DNA of 64,000 nucleotides from Octopus sinensis (GCF_006345805.1 NC_043006.1:65224001-65288000), one strand, 5' to 3'. Shown: positions 12,741 to 26,660, counted from the first letter of the stretch. A program made the numbers and translations. Notes: generated from the letters alone by a model not told the origin.

Positions 12741-14372
12741 CGTCTTTTCTTTTCCCAAATTACACAGATTTATCATCTTTTCTGTTATACTACTTTATCC
12801 AGTCATTTCATCTATTAATTAAGCCACCTGGGTAAGAAAAGAAAAAGGGAGCTTCAGCTATTATTTCTAGTAGTTCATATAAACTGCTTCAACCCTGCAA
12901 CACGGCATGTTATAGTATGCAATATGGTGCTTAATTAGGCAGGGAGAGAGTAAATCTGAAGCAATTTATGTCAGTATTTTGTCACTACTGTCTCTATCTT
13001 CTTTCCTGCTGCTCCCACTCACCCTTAAATAATGCAGATTATTCCTACAAGGTATTTGTTTACGCTCCACAATATTACTGCAGTTAAGGCTTTGTAGAGT
13101 GTTGGGAGACAGGTTATGGTTTGGGTTTTTTTTTTCTACTTTTTGTCTTTGGCTTTGTTGTACTTTGAAGATTAAAATAGTTTTCCCCTCATTGAGACAA
13201 TGTAATAAACTACTTGACAAGCACCTTATGTTTTGACCAGAAGTAGGGATTGGTAGAATTGATAGAGTCAGGAAAATGCTTAGCAGAATTTGTTCTGGAT
13301 CTTAACATCCTGAGTTCAAATCCAATCAAGGCTATACTTTCAGAGTCAATAAAACAAATTATTTGTCAAATAGTAGGGCTGACGGAATTGGTGAAACAGC
13401 TCCCCTCAAAACTGCTGGCTCTGCGCCTAAATCAGAAACCATTATTATTGTTGTTGTTTATGTTAGCTCAGGATATCCAAAAACATACTAAAATTATCAT
13501 TAGTTTAAATAGACTGTAACATTTCCCTTTTTTGTCTTTTGCTTCAAAAAGATGAAGTGTGATTATTGCAGCAGCCTTTGAAAGTTTTACCAGTCAATCT
13601 TCTTTAGTGCTTTATAGTAGTGTCAATATTATTAAATAAATATATGTAGACTGACTTCAATGTAGTTTTGTTTGAGGAGGCTTGACATACTTAATTTGCT
13701 AATTTGGCAAAATATTTTTCATATTACTCCTAAGTAATTGCATAATTCTTTTTATCTTTGCTATTAAGTAATTAGCTATATATGTGGTTGATTGGGAATT
13801 GCTAGTTTAACATCCAAAGAGCTTGGGACTAAAGTGAAACTTATCAAGGAATCTGTTATTCTTCAGAGCATTATTGTAATGGCTGAAGGTTTTATCAATG
13901 GATCAGCTTTTCTTTACAACTTTATTGTAATATTCAAATATTTATTTACTCAATGATAAATGAGAGATTCTTTTGCATATGTTTTCAACTAGATTTTGAA
14001 GTGGTAAGAGAGTAGAGATTTCTTATTCATGTACATGAAATTTTAATTAGGATTACAGTACAATTGGTAAGATATTCATCCCAAAATTTAAAGTTACATC
14101 TAATAGAAAATACAATATCCTGAGGTGTTAATTTGGAAGCTGTTGAAGATGCTGAGTAAATCGTATTGAATTTATCAAATTTTTCACCTTTGAGTGGTTT
14201 CAAAAGAGCCAACCCTATATAATTCCAGTTTGTAACATTTTGAAATTACTATTTAGAATGTCCTTGGTGCCTAACCCAATGATTTTGCAAATTTTGGCGC
14301 TATCAGATGAAATATTATTTTTCACTCATATACATATCACCATTACTATTGTCATCATTGTCGTCGTTGTCG

Positions 14373-14408
<36 letters not shown>

Positions 14409-15015
14409 CCACCACCACTATCATCTTCGTTTTATATCTGCTATCCATCCATGAGATGGACAGGTCATCAGAGTTCAAATCAGCTCTTACTCAAGCATAC
14501 TATATTCTTCTAGTGGGAGTCAGGGAACCATGTATTACTTATATGTTTCATTTTGTGTTTGATTTCTAAGACCTAGCTGTCCTTTCTGTCTTAACTACTT
14601 TACAGGGTGCACTGGGTGCATTTCATCACAGTACTGGCACAAGTGAAGTTCAGTTGAATCCCAAAAGATATGGAACCTCCACCATCAGCATTCCCCATGC
14701 ATTAAAGCCATGAAAATCAGCTGAAAAGGGCTCGCTTTTGCTATTCCCACCCAAATTTCTCACAACTACAAAATGAACGATAATTTATCTGTATATCAAT
14801 TACTATATAAATATAGTAATTAATTTGCATATATAGATAAATATGCACACACACGCACACACAAATGTATATATATATGTTTATATATATAAGCTGATGG
14901 ATTCCCAGGCAATATTTATATTTTTAATGCTGTAGACACTGCCAAATTGAATGATATTGCCTGGGTGTTGAAACTACAGTGATATCTGTTTGGCTAGCTG
15001 ATGATGGGAATACAT

Positions 15016-15412
15016 AGTGGCTGTGTGGTAAGTAGCTTGTTTACCAACCACATGGTTCCGGGTTCAGTCCCACTGCGTGGCACCTTGGGCAAGTGTCTTC
15101 TACTATAGCCTTGGGCCGACCAAAGCCTTGTGAGTGGATTTGGTAGACGGAAACTGAAAGAAGCCCCTCATATATATGTATTTATATGCATGTGTGTGTT
15201 TGTGTGTCTGTGTTTGTCCCCCTAGCATTGCTTGACAACCGATGCTGGTGTGTTTATGTCCCCGTCACTTAGCAGTTCGGCAAAAGAGGCCGATAGAATA
15301 AGTACTGGGCTTACAAAAGAATAAGTCCCGGGGTCGAGTTGTTCGATTAAAGGCGGTGCTCCAGCATGGCCACAGTCAAATGACTGAAACAAGTAAAAGA
15401 GTAAAAGAGTAA
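15016..15412 (+). mobile_element. tRNA-derived SINE family B (representative full copy)
   Basis: GTGGCTGTGTGG A-box, GGTTCAGTCCC B-box, ACCTTGGGCAAGTG core, internal TA/TG microsatellite and AAAAGAGT tail. Other copies at about 11740-12085, 19005-19400, 22527-22890, 29230-29625(-), 32400-32820(-), 37935-38200, 43350-43720(-), 56440-56650 and 61320-61500. Confidence 0.85.
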
Positions 15413-15664
15413 GAGCTACACTGTATAGGGAATTTCTTATACCTTACTCATGCTATTTTGCATTGTCCTTGTAAAGTGGAAAATGCTTGTGGATTCAAAG
15501 TTTATGAGGATTGCTTACTTTGGTATCATTTGGTTTTCTTTATAGGTAACCTGTTTAGGCTAAGACAATGCTTACAAACTGCTGTCTAGTTTTAGGGAGA
15601 TTCCATGGCATACACACACGCACACACACACACATGAATACGTGTCTATATATATCTATATCTA

Positions 15665-15732
<68 letters not shown>

Positions 15733-15742
15733 ATATATATAT

Positions 15743-16838
15743 ACATATACATGTCTATAAATATATTTACATATACACATATTCGTGTGTTCCTACCCAT
15801 GCCAGTATGGAAGGTGGATGTTAAACGATGATGATGATACACACACACACACACACACACACATAAAATACATGATGGCTGTCTGCTCGTTAGATGAGCA
15901 TGACAATCACTGACAGGAGTCTCAGTCCATGCAAGTGTTCTAAGTTGAGTGCAGATTGCACAATTCCACGACAACTCTCACTAGCACTACCAAGAATCTC
16001 AGAGACAAGCAAAGTGCAAGATATCCGACTCAGTAGAGTGGCAGGTTTTATATATTAATTACCACCCTTACCATGTAGTAAACCCACAGTGAATGAGGGA
16101 CCAAGGTTTCTCATACACTGTTGGTTTACTACACCTTCAGACACCAACTCAAGTATTTCTACATTCTGGTGCACCAGGCAAATTAATGAGAATATATTCT
16201 TTTATGCCTATCAGTGCAGCCTACCCATGACATGAACTAGCAAAATGTATACATTGTGTATGTGTGTTTGATATTGTTTATATATATATAACATATACAT
16301 GTCTATAAATATATTACATATACACATATTCGTGTGTTCCTACCCATGCCAGTATGGAAGGTGGATGTTAAACGATGATGATGATACACACACACACACA
16401 CACACACACACATAAAATACATGATGGCTGTCTGCTCGTTAGATGAGCATGACAATCACTGACAGGAGTCTCAGTCCATGCAAGTGTTCTAAGTTGAGTG
16501 CAGATTGCACAATTCCACGACAACTCTCACTAGCACTACCAAGAATCTCAGAGACAAGCAAAGTGCAAGATATCCGACTCAGTAGAGTGGCAGGTTTTAT
16601 ATATTAATTACCACCCTTACCATGTAGTAAACCCACAGTGAATGAGGGACCAAGGTTTCTCATACACTGTTGGTTTACTACACCTTCAGACACCAACTCA
16701 AGTATTTCTACATTCTGGTGCACCAGGCAAATTAATGAGAATATATTCTTTTATGCCTATCAGTGCAGCCTACCCATGACATGAACTAGCAAAATGTATA
16801 CATTGTGTATGTGTGTTTGATATTGTTTATATATATAT
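15743..16838. repeat. 548-bp near-identical tandem duplication in tubulin intron 1
   Basis: Copies start at 15743 and 16291. The differences I found are a homopolymer indel and (AC)12 versus (AC)13. Confidence 0.95.
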
Positions 16839-16977
16839 ATACATATATATAACAATCGATATGTATGATGAAAATCATATCTTTATTTCAGTTGACACTT
16901 TAAAAATCCAACAATTGTTTCAATTGCATAAACATACAAATACACATATATATATTCATATACACATACAGATATAT

Positions 16978-17054
<77 letters not shown>

Positions 17055-17196
17055 AATTAATAATAATCAGCACAACATCAAGGTAATCCATATTGATGAA
17101 ATTTTAACTGGACATCTGAAAAAAATTTTAGCTGTTAAAAACACTGACAAAAAGAAACACCAAACCAAATTTAACTTTAGACATTTATTCATTCAA

Positions 17197-17231
<35 letters not shown>

Positions 17232-17286
17232 AAAATACGTATATATAATATATAATAATATTTTGTTTTATTGTTTGATGTTTCAG

Positions 17287-17509
17287 GGAGAAATTGTGAG
17301 CATCAATATTGGACAAGCTGGCGTTCAGTTTGCTGAATCCTGTTGGGAATTGTATTGTCTTGAACATGGAGTTGAGCCTGATGGCAGACTAAAATGTAAC
17401 TGTTTTCACGAGCACAAAAACAATCGTCTTGACTCAATATTTTACGAAACAGAGAAATCTTTAATTGTTCCTCGTGCTATGTTTATTGACCTTGAACCAA
17501 CCGTAATTG
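17287..17509 (+). CDS. TUBA: Divergent alpha-tubulin exon 2 (residues 2-76)
   Basis: tttcag|GGA...ATT G|gtatgt, 223 nt. Encodes GEIVSINIGQAGVQ..CWELYCLEHG.EPDG...VPRAMFIDLEPTVID, colinear with alpha-tubulin residues 2-76. Same length and phase as vertebrate TUBA1A exon 2. Confidence 0.96.
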
Positions 17510-17820
17510 GTATGTAACGAAATGTTATGTGAAATTATGTTCAGATGATTAACTCATTTATTAACGACTTACTGATTGTCTTTGGTTTGATTTATTAGGC
17601 AGCAAATTGGCATAGTTGTTAAAGCATAGGATACATTACCTTACACTATTTGTTCCTATATGCTCACCTTCCTGTATCTGAGAGTTTGCTCTGGCACCTT
17701 ATCATTATCATTTTTACCTTCCCAACTACTCCCAATCACTCCTATATATTGTGTATGAACCAAGTACTACCTCCCTCCGTAATGAGACACTGATGTTTTT
17801 TCCTCTATCATACTTAACAC

Positions 17821-18357
17821 TTGGACACAATGCAGCAATGGATCATGAACTGGCAACTCAAGCTGGCTGTGGACAAATGTACCACCATGCATTTTGGGAG
17901 GAAAAACCCAGCGTCTACTTACTCCCTCCACAAAAAGTCTTCTTGTGAACGTGACCTGGGCATTATTGTCAACAGCAATTTGCATTGGACAAAACAGATT
18001 GCTGAAAGTGCCAAGAAGGTTGAGGGTGTCTTGGCATCACTTACCAAGTCCTTTGTGAGCCGCTCTCCGGCTATCTATTGGAGACTTTATATAGCTATGG
18101 TGTGGCCTCACCTGGAGTTTGCATTACCGGTCTGGAATCCCTATCTTACCCAGGATATTAATCGTCTGGAAATCGTTCAGCGACGTGCAACCAAGAGAAT
18201 ACCCTCCATCAGGCATTTGCCGTATTCTGAACGCCTTACTTCCTTGGGCATGGACACATTGAAACTCCGACGTCTGGCAGCTGACTTGGCAGACACCCAT
18301 AAAATTATTAACCATCTTACTAACAATAACTCTGAGCACCTTTTACATACCCCATAA
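17821..18357 (+). mobile_element. CR1/L2-type LINE reverse transcriptase C-terminal fragment in tubulin intron 2
   Basis: WQLKLAVDKC..MHFG, ERDLGIIV, LYIAMVWPHLEF...VWNPY, LEIVQRRATKRIP, YSERL..LG..TLKLRR motifs. Confidence 0.9.
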
Positions 18358-20094
18358 CTTAGCGATTTAGCAAAAGAGACTGATAGAATAAGTACTAGGC
18401 TTACAAAGAATAAGTCCTGGGGTTGATTTATTCAATTAAAGGCGGTGCTCCAGCATGGCCGCAGTCAAATGACTGAAATAAATAAAAGAATAAAAGAATA
18501 TATAAACATACACATATATACAGTTTCCATCTACCAAATGCACTCACAAGGCATTAGTCAGCTTATGGATTGCCCAGGGTGCCCCGCAATGAGACTGAAC
18601 CTGAAATCTTATAGAAGCAAAGCAAACTTCTAAACCACACAGCCATGTCTCCATTTTTGTGTCTCATAAAATAAATCATTGTTTTATTGTTGAGTATATC
18701 AATAATCAGTAATTGCTAAGCAGCAAGTGAATACACAATATTGATCATTAATGAACACAATATAACCAAATGACATTAACTAATATAATATAAAATAATT
18801 AATGACTTTCTACTGTATTGAGTATTTTCTTATTTTGTTTTTTTTATTTATGTTTTATTTTTTGTGTGATTATTTTTCATTTGTTTTTTTACTTGTTTCA
18901 GTCATTTGACTGTGACCATGCTGAGGCATCACCTAGAAGGGGTTCTCAGCATATGGCCCTTGGGGATCCACATAAAATTTTCTTATTAAAATTTATGAGC
19001 AATAGCAGGAGTGGCTGTGTGGTAAGAAGCTTGCTTACGAACTACACGGTTCCAGGTTCAGTCCCACTGCGTGTCACCCTGGGCAAGTGTCTTCTCCTAT
19101 AGTCTCAGGCTGACCAAAGCCTTCTGAGTGGATTTGATAGGCAGAAACTGAAAGGAGCCTGTTGTGTATATATAAGTATGTATATGTTTGTGTGTCTGTG
19201 TTTGTCCCCCCCCCACCCACTGCTTGATAACTGATGCTGGTGTGTTTATGTCCCTGTAACTTAGCAGCTCGGCAAAAGAGACTGATATAACTACTAGGCT
19301 TACAAAGAATAAGTCCTGGGGTCGATTTGTTCAACTAAAGGCGGTGCTCCTGCATGGCTGCAGTCAAATGACTGAAACAAATAAAAGAATAAAAGAATAA
19401 ATTGCTTATGCTTGTACAACACACCAAATATCTTAACAATTTTTTGATACAATTCCTAATAACATTTAATCTCTATTATTCAGATTAATCTGTCAAATGT
19501 AATACTTATTTATTCCAAATTGTTTTGTATTAATCCTTAATTATTTTGCAGCTTTGAGATCTCGATGATGTGGTTGTTTATTTTCAGAATAACATTGCAA
19601 TGTAAGTGTGAGAGGCCAGCTATGACCAGTTTGAGCATGACACATGTAGTATATCAGGGCCGGCTGGTTGAAGAGCTAATTAATAAAACATAATGACATA
19701 ATGGTATTTTTTTAAACATGGAATAGCTATGAAGGTCCTCTATTATCATGTCTGGTCATATTGCTTCAATAGTACAGTCAGTCTTTATAATGAAGTCCCA
19801 CAAGCTCTTGTAATTCTCATCTTCTATCATAGCCTTTGGTTCTTATTCACACCACATTTCAGTTGTTTTGAAGCCGCATACTTGGCTGACATCCCAATGT
19901 ACTCTTTTGCCTATACAGTCATGCCTGTGTCTGTGCCTGTACTCCTTTTGTACTCTTTTTGTGTTAGTATACAGCACTCACTCAAAACATGGTCGATACT
20001 CTTGTCTCCTAATATTATTTCTTTTTATTATTAACATTTTCTTTTTTGTAATCTTCTGTCTATTTTTTTTTTTACCATGCCATCATGATTTCAG

Positions 20095-20268
20095 ATGTTG
20101 TACGTTCCGGAAAATTCAAGAGCCTCTTTCATCCAAACACTTTTCTGTCTGGGAAAGAAGATGCTGCCAATAACTTTGCCCGTGGCTACTATGGGGTTGG
20201 CCGAGAAGCGTTAGAGGTTGCTGTTGAGAGAATAGAAAAACTTGCTGAAGACTGCGATCAGTTACAAG
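20095..20268 (+). CDS. TUBA: Divergent alpha-tubulin exon 3 (residues 76-134)
   Basis: tttcag|AT GTT GTA CGT...TTA CAA G|gtatct, 174 nt, phase 1 at both ends. Encodes DVVRSGKFKSLFHP...GKEDAANNFARG...CDQLQG. Confidence 0.96.
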
Positions 20269-21149
20269 GTATCTGTTGATAATTTTAACTATATTAATTA
20301 CAAAATCAGTTACAAAATATCTGTCTGTAATTCTAATTGTATTATCAGATCATATACAACAGCAGTTGTGAGGTATCTGTTGATAATGCTAGCTATATTA
20401 TAAAAAGATCAATTGTAAGGTGTGAAGGCATGTAAACAAGTGGTTATAGTGTTGTATTCATTGTTGCAAGATCATGGTTTCTATTTCCAGACTGGGTGGT
20501 GTGTTGTGCTCTAGAGCAAAACTCTTCATTTCATTGTTGTCCCAGTTGTAAATGACAGATTGATACTCTGTTCAAGAGAAGCATTGGGATTCTGGTCACT
20601 CACATGTTATGAAAACCAGGTAACTGGCCCAAGGGATCTGAGGGCTTAAGAAAATAATGTCCAGGGATTGATGATGAGTTGTGAGACATCTCTGGATAAT
20701 TTTAAATATATTATTATTGATTATTAAATTACAAATTAAAAGCAGCTCTTGTAATGTAAACGTTATTGGTCACAGATCTGTAGTGTATGTGTTTTGCTTA
20801 TATGCCAAATTTGCTGCTCACACATCTGGGACCATGTAGCTGCTACACACACACAGATGATAGTTAAATGAAGACTAAATAACTGATCAGCAAAGATTTT
20901 CTTGTTGAGTCAATGAGAGAGCCTCTGCATAGTTGACTTATCTTGCAAGATTTCACAGCCAAATCTCCCATAAGTCATACCTTACCACCTTAAAAAAAAA
21001 AATCAAAGAACACATCAGGTAATGTATTCCTAGATATACTATGTCTGAACAAATGATGGAATGGTCACAGCTAAAATGTCTCTGATTATATCTCAGCAAA
21101 AGCAAGGGTCACTTTGGGCTAAACAGTTACATGTGTATGTGTGAGTGTG

Positions 21150-21180
<31 letters not shown>

Positions 21181-24100
21181 ATATGTATGTGTGTGTGTGT
21201 ATGCATGTGTATAGCTCTTTTGTTTTTTGGTTTTTTTTCCAATTTTAATTCAGAACTTTTCAAAACAAGACATTTGCACTACAGAGCCACAGGCAGTTTC
21301 AGTTGGGTTGGTATCAAAAGGGTTAAGAATTGTTTCTCTGTTATATATTTTAACCCTTTTGTTACCATATTTCTGTTGAGATGCTTTGCGTTTCTTTCAA
21401 TTGATTTTAAATATAGCAAAGAATTTAGTAAAATAATTTAGTTATTAATTAAGCTAGTGTTAGGAACATAAATTGTGACTAAGGTTTGGTGGAAGATTTT
21501 AATTCAGAACTTTTGAAAAAAAGACATTTGTACTCTAGAGTCAGAGGCGGTTTCAGTCAGGCTGGGATCAAAAGAGCTAAATTGTTAGCATGTAGTTGTT
21601 ACACTCAAAACCTTGCACTTCTCTGTAAAATTGAGATCCTACGTAAGTATCCATAAGTATCTGCAGCTCTTTAATTCTACCCTGTTTATTTTATTTAAAC
21701 ATTTAACAATAAGATGAAATGAATGTGTTACGATATTAAGAATGAGATGAAAGGAAAAGTGTTGTTGATAATTCATCATATGTTTATTGCTTAAAGCTTG
21801 TATTAGACATGATGGTCCAATGAAAAACAACAGAATAATATCAGAAAGTTCTGTTCATAGTATCACCTTGGTTGGACAGCTTTTGTGATTATGTGTGAAT
21901 GAGTGAGATAAGCAGAGAGAGGGTGAGTGAATGAATGTTAGTGTCCCCAGCCAAAGTATGCATGGGAGATTTTTAGTAGCAGTTCAATTGTTGCAAAAAG
22001 TGGTGTATGTAAAACATATACAACCTAGGGCAACCCTTGACTCAACCTCCCCTCTCTACCCCACCATTACTCAAGCTTATACAGATTTATATGGCATACC
22101 CCAAAGTGCCACACACCCCACCAGCTACACTACTGGTTGCAGAATTTTAGGTTGACATTTCTGGTTGTCAGACAACAGCAGAATTTGAACAGCGCTGACA
22201 TGACACATGACTGTGTCTGTTCTCTGTTCTCCTACCTGTTTCTTTGTTCTGGTTTGTCCCCATCTTTCTTTGTAGATCTGGTCTTTTTCTAATGCTCTCT
22301 ACAATATATCTTATTGGACACATCTGTGATAATGCTATCAGTCAAAAATCTAGCAGTTGTTTTCATGGATTTTTGCTGATGCTATTACTTATTCTGCCAA
22401 AAATTTAGTTGTTCACAAAGGATTTCCTGGTTAGAAAACCACAAGTCCTAGCATTGAATCAAAGTGTAAACCTGCTGTAAGCAATAGGAGAAATTTGATG
22501 GGAAAAAAAATTTTCAAACAAGCAATAGGCACAGATGTGGCTGTGTGATAAATAGCTTACTTACCAACCACATGGTTCCAGGTTCAGTCCCGCTGCGTGG
22601 CACCTTAGGCATATATCTTCTACTAAAGCCTTTCGAGTGGATTTTGGTAGATGGAAACTGAATGAAGCCCATCATATATATATATATTTGTATGTGCGTG
22701 TGTATTTGTCCCACCACAACCACCACTTGGCAACGGATGTTGCTGTGTTTACGTCCCCATAACTTAGCAATTCAGCAACAGAGACTGATAGCATAAGTAT
22801 CAGGCTTACAAAGAATAAGCCCTGGGGAGTCAATCGTTTTGACTAAAGGCGGTGCTCCAGCATGGCCACAGTTAAATAAAAGAATAGAAGAATAACTCCT
22901 TTACAACAGCATCTGAAGGATGAATTACTTATGTAGTGAAACCAGTGCGATTAGTGTTACAAAGTGTAATCATTGGCATACCGATTCCAAACCCTGTTCA
23001 GTTGACTTTATTTTTCATACTTTCAGGGCTGATAAAATAAAAACCAGTCAAGTGCGAAGATTGATATAATCAATCGTTTCATCTCTCAAAAATGTGTGAT
23101 CATGTGTATCCTTACTACCATCAGTCTTACATGCTGGCATGGGTTAGACAGCTTGACAGGAGCTGGTGAGCCAAAGCACGTGCCAAACTCCACTGTCAGC
23201 TTTGGCAATGATTTTACAGCTGTGGGAAGAAGAATTTTAAATCAACCCTTTGACTGCATAATTAAATTTTATGGTCATTGTTGATATTTTCTGCTTCTGC
23301 AATACTTTTTTAGTGTCTCCTGAAGATACAGCTTTCATAAGCACCCTTAAAGTTTCTTCCTCTGTAAAGAGATATTTGATGAAACATGGGGGAAAAAAAT
23401 TAAAAAAATCTAAAAAGTTGTCATTTGCAAAACATGCCAGTGGCGAGTCTCCATTTCTCACAGCTTAAGGAGAGTTTTTTTCTTTGGAAGCCATAGTTGA
23501 GTGGAGGCATCCACTTCCCACATACAAAGTGTTAAACCCCCTAATTAAGTGAATTAATTAATTAATTACAGCCAAAACACTGTCCCACTGCCATTCATAA
23601 ATAACCATTGTAATAATTTCATACAGGATTCTGGCAGTTGTCATAACACCAGGGGGAGATATTATCTCCCACTGTAGGATGAGCCAGTGGAGGATCTTCT
23701 TTCTGCTTGATCAACCTGCTAGAAATAGCAGCAAAATATCCCTCAAATCACATCATATCACCTTAAAGAAGGAAAAGGTCCATTAGATAATGTAGTTTTG
23801 TGTATCCTAAAAAATACAGGAAAGTCATTGTGCTGATTTAGTCACTTAGACACAATTTCAATGAATTTAGTTAATCAAACAGTGAGTGTTTTACTTATTT
23901 TTCTCTGTATCAGGGATGATGATTATTCAGCTGAAAATATGAATGGCTGAGGGCCTAAAAATGCTGAAATGCCTTTGGTGTTTTTGCTAGATGAGTTTTT
24001 GTCTCTCTTGCTTTTTACGATACCTATAGTTTTTTTTTTAGCATGTGCGTAAGAGATAATGTCTTAGGACAAATACTGCAGTAACTGGCCTATCAACAGC

Positions 24101-25554
24101 GTGTATACATTAACTATTATACATAGATGGCTATTTTAATCTGATACTGTCTCAGTTGCTTATACCAAAGTTTTAATCAACCGGGCAACTATTTGTAATA
24201 CCAGTGAAACTTTTCTTCATTTTTCCATCTGAGCATGTGACTGGCTGTGAGTATGTACCATTGAAAAGGTCCAAAATGGTCAAAATACATCTGGTGCTCT
24301 CACTGGTCGCTTTTGGGAGGAATTTTCGCTTCTCTTTGATACTTATTGTTTTTAACACAGCAAGTCCACAAGAGATATTACTTCAGGTTAAATACTGCAG
24401 TAGACAGCCTATCAACTGTGTATACATTAAATATGATGCATAGATGGCTATTTTGATACTCATCAGCACAGCCAACGAAGATCAATGTACAGGGAGAAAT
24501 TTATGGAGAGAGCTTCACAATTGAAAACCATTTTCTTCATAGAAGAAATTCAATGGAAAATATGAAAGATGGCGTGGATCAAAAAAGAAGTAAAGAAAGA
24601 AGGAAAATAAAATATTTTCTAATATTGTATTAGTTGCAGTTGTTGTTGTTTAGATTCGGGTCAGTCTTGATCCAGAAGACCAATGACCAATAACATTTCC
24701 ATCATGACAATGCCAATTTTCTTTCAGAAGACAGTGTATCTAGGATTACATTAATTAATGTGTTCTTCATTCCTTTTAAGACTGAAGGGTGTCATTTGAG
24801 GAGTGGTGATGGCTTGTTTTCCTAGGTGGATGAGACCCTCTCCCTCTGTCTCTGTTTATCAGTTTAGTATATACCAACCCCACCCTCATCATCATCGTCT
24901 TATACCCATTTTTCCTTGCTAGCAAGGGCTGATTAAATCTGTCTCAGGACAGCATCTTGCAAATTTTTAAAAGCCAATGATGGAGCCCCTATGCAGTTGC
25001 TCAACTATCAGGAAATAGTGGCTAAATTCCCTCAAATCATTCTCTACCATTTTAAAGAAAGGAAGACATTGGAAGAATGTCATCCAAGACACACAGTGCC
25101 TGAAAATATGGAGTGATGTTTGAAGTTGGAATGTTTTTGATCATAGACCTTCTCAATAAGAGCCCCACCTCGATCTAATTAACAAGAATGACTGTGGTTG
25201 GGGTGAGGATAAATCTTTGCTTGATTCTGAAAATCCAGTAGATACAGGAACGGAGAGAATGCATATGAACAGAGCAGATAAGAATGGAATAAACATGCAC
25301 TCCCTCACCTCAGCTCTCTTATCTGCTCTAGTCATATATATATGTTAATATTATATATACATATATCATCATCATCATCATCATCATCATTTAGCGTCCG
25401 TTTTCCATGCTAGCATGGGTTGGACGGTTCTACTGGGGTCTGTGAAGCCAGAAGGCTTCATCAGGCCCAGTCAAATCTGGCAGTGTTTCTACCAGATTTG
25501 ACTGGGCCTGTATATTATATATACATATATATATATACATATTATATATATATA

Positions 25555-25792
25555 TACTTTGTTGTGTCTGGAGAGTCATTCTCTTTTAGTGTCTTATTAT
25601 CTAACACACTCACTGGTAAAGTTTCCACTCATTTATTTTTCTTAAAATTTTCATTGCATCTTGCAACTTTTTCAATAATCGTTGACTCTTTTAGGAAAAT
25701 ATAAATAAGTAAATTAGTGGAAACTTTACCGGTGAGTGTGTTAAATAATAAGGCACTAAAGGAGAATGACTCTGCCCAGACACAACAAAATA
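25555..25792. mobile_element. Foldback MITE with ~75-bp terminal inverted repeats in tubulin intron 3
   Basis: 25555-25629 is the reverse complement of 25716-25792. A lone arm occurs at about 38221-38288. Confidence 0.8.
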
Positions 25793-25845
25793 TGCTTCAA
25801 CACACAAACTCACATAAAGAATCTTGCAAACCAAATCCCAAAACG

Positions 25846-25891
<46 letters not shown>

Positions 25892-26429
25892 TTATATATG
25901 CGTGTGTGTGTGTGTACATGTCTGTATGTATATGTATATCAGGTATATATGTAGTTTATCTTAAATATGATATAGAGTTTATATAGTATATTGAGTTGTT
26001 GTTGTTTAGTCTAGGATAGCCATATGTACCTGCCATGACCATCCTGTCTTTTATTCAGGCATAACATATCCAGGACAACATTATCCAATGTGCCCTCCCT
26101 AAGACAGTAGGGTGCAGTGTGATCCGAGGAAGAACTGGCTGTTGTATCCAGCAACTCAAATGACTACACAGTGACTCTCTCATTGGTTTGCTTTCTCCAG
26201 TGTTGATAATGTTTGTTTAGAAAGAATTGTTTGATGTTTTACCTTCCTCTTGTATTGTACTGTGTCTATCGTAATGACACTCTTCTCTTAACATTCCAGC
26301 CCGTGGTCAATATGTCAGGTAGAGAAGTACAGTTCACTGCTGGAAGTAGTGGAGGTATTCTGTAATTGCTGAATGTTTCAATAACTTGCAGTACTAAGGT
26401 GAACTTCTCCTGTATCCGCTGTAGATTAA

Positions 26430-26660
26430 TGAAACAGCAAAGGAGCTTCTATGTGGTCCCTCAAACAGCTATAAATAGCAACCAAATTTCCCCTCAAAAT
26501 ACACCCTACTGTCTTAAAAGGAAGACCAACACATTGGATAATATAATCTTGAATATGCTATCTGAAAAAAGAAGGCAAAAATCAGTGTAATGGTCAAGAT
26601 TTGAATGTCTTTGATCCTAAACCTGCTTGATCAAGGCTGACCTGGGGCTAAACAACAAGT
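26430..26660 (+). mobile_element. Third dispersed SINE-like family with (AAC)n-type tail (representative copy)
   Basis: Recurring body ..aaatagcagccaaat..cctcaaat.acaccctac..tcttaaa...cattggataat...ggctgacctggggctaaacaacaa. Diverged copies at about 7560-7940, 20900-21125, 23700-23830, 24650-25160, 26000-26150, 50290-50500 and 51150-51310. Confidence 0.65.

Noticed and set aside
17199-17228. (TG)15 near the tubulin exon 2 acceptor as a TDP-43 splicing element
   Set aside because: TG runs are ubiquitous in this window, so proximity is expected by chance.
17287-17301. N-myristoylation motif MGxxxS in the tubulin
   Set aside because: It depends on an unproven ATG-only exon 1 (the best candidate adds Thr), and Glu after Gly is unfavourable.
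26300-26318. 19-nt poison microexon in tubulin intron 3 (ttccag|...CAG|gtagag)
   Set aside because: Splice-like signals alone are common in a 6.5-kb intron; the donor is weak and there is no other support.
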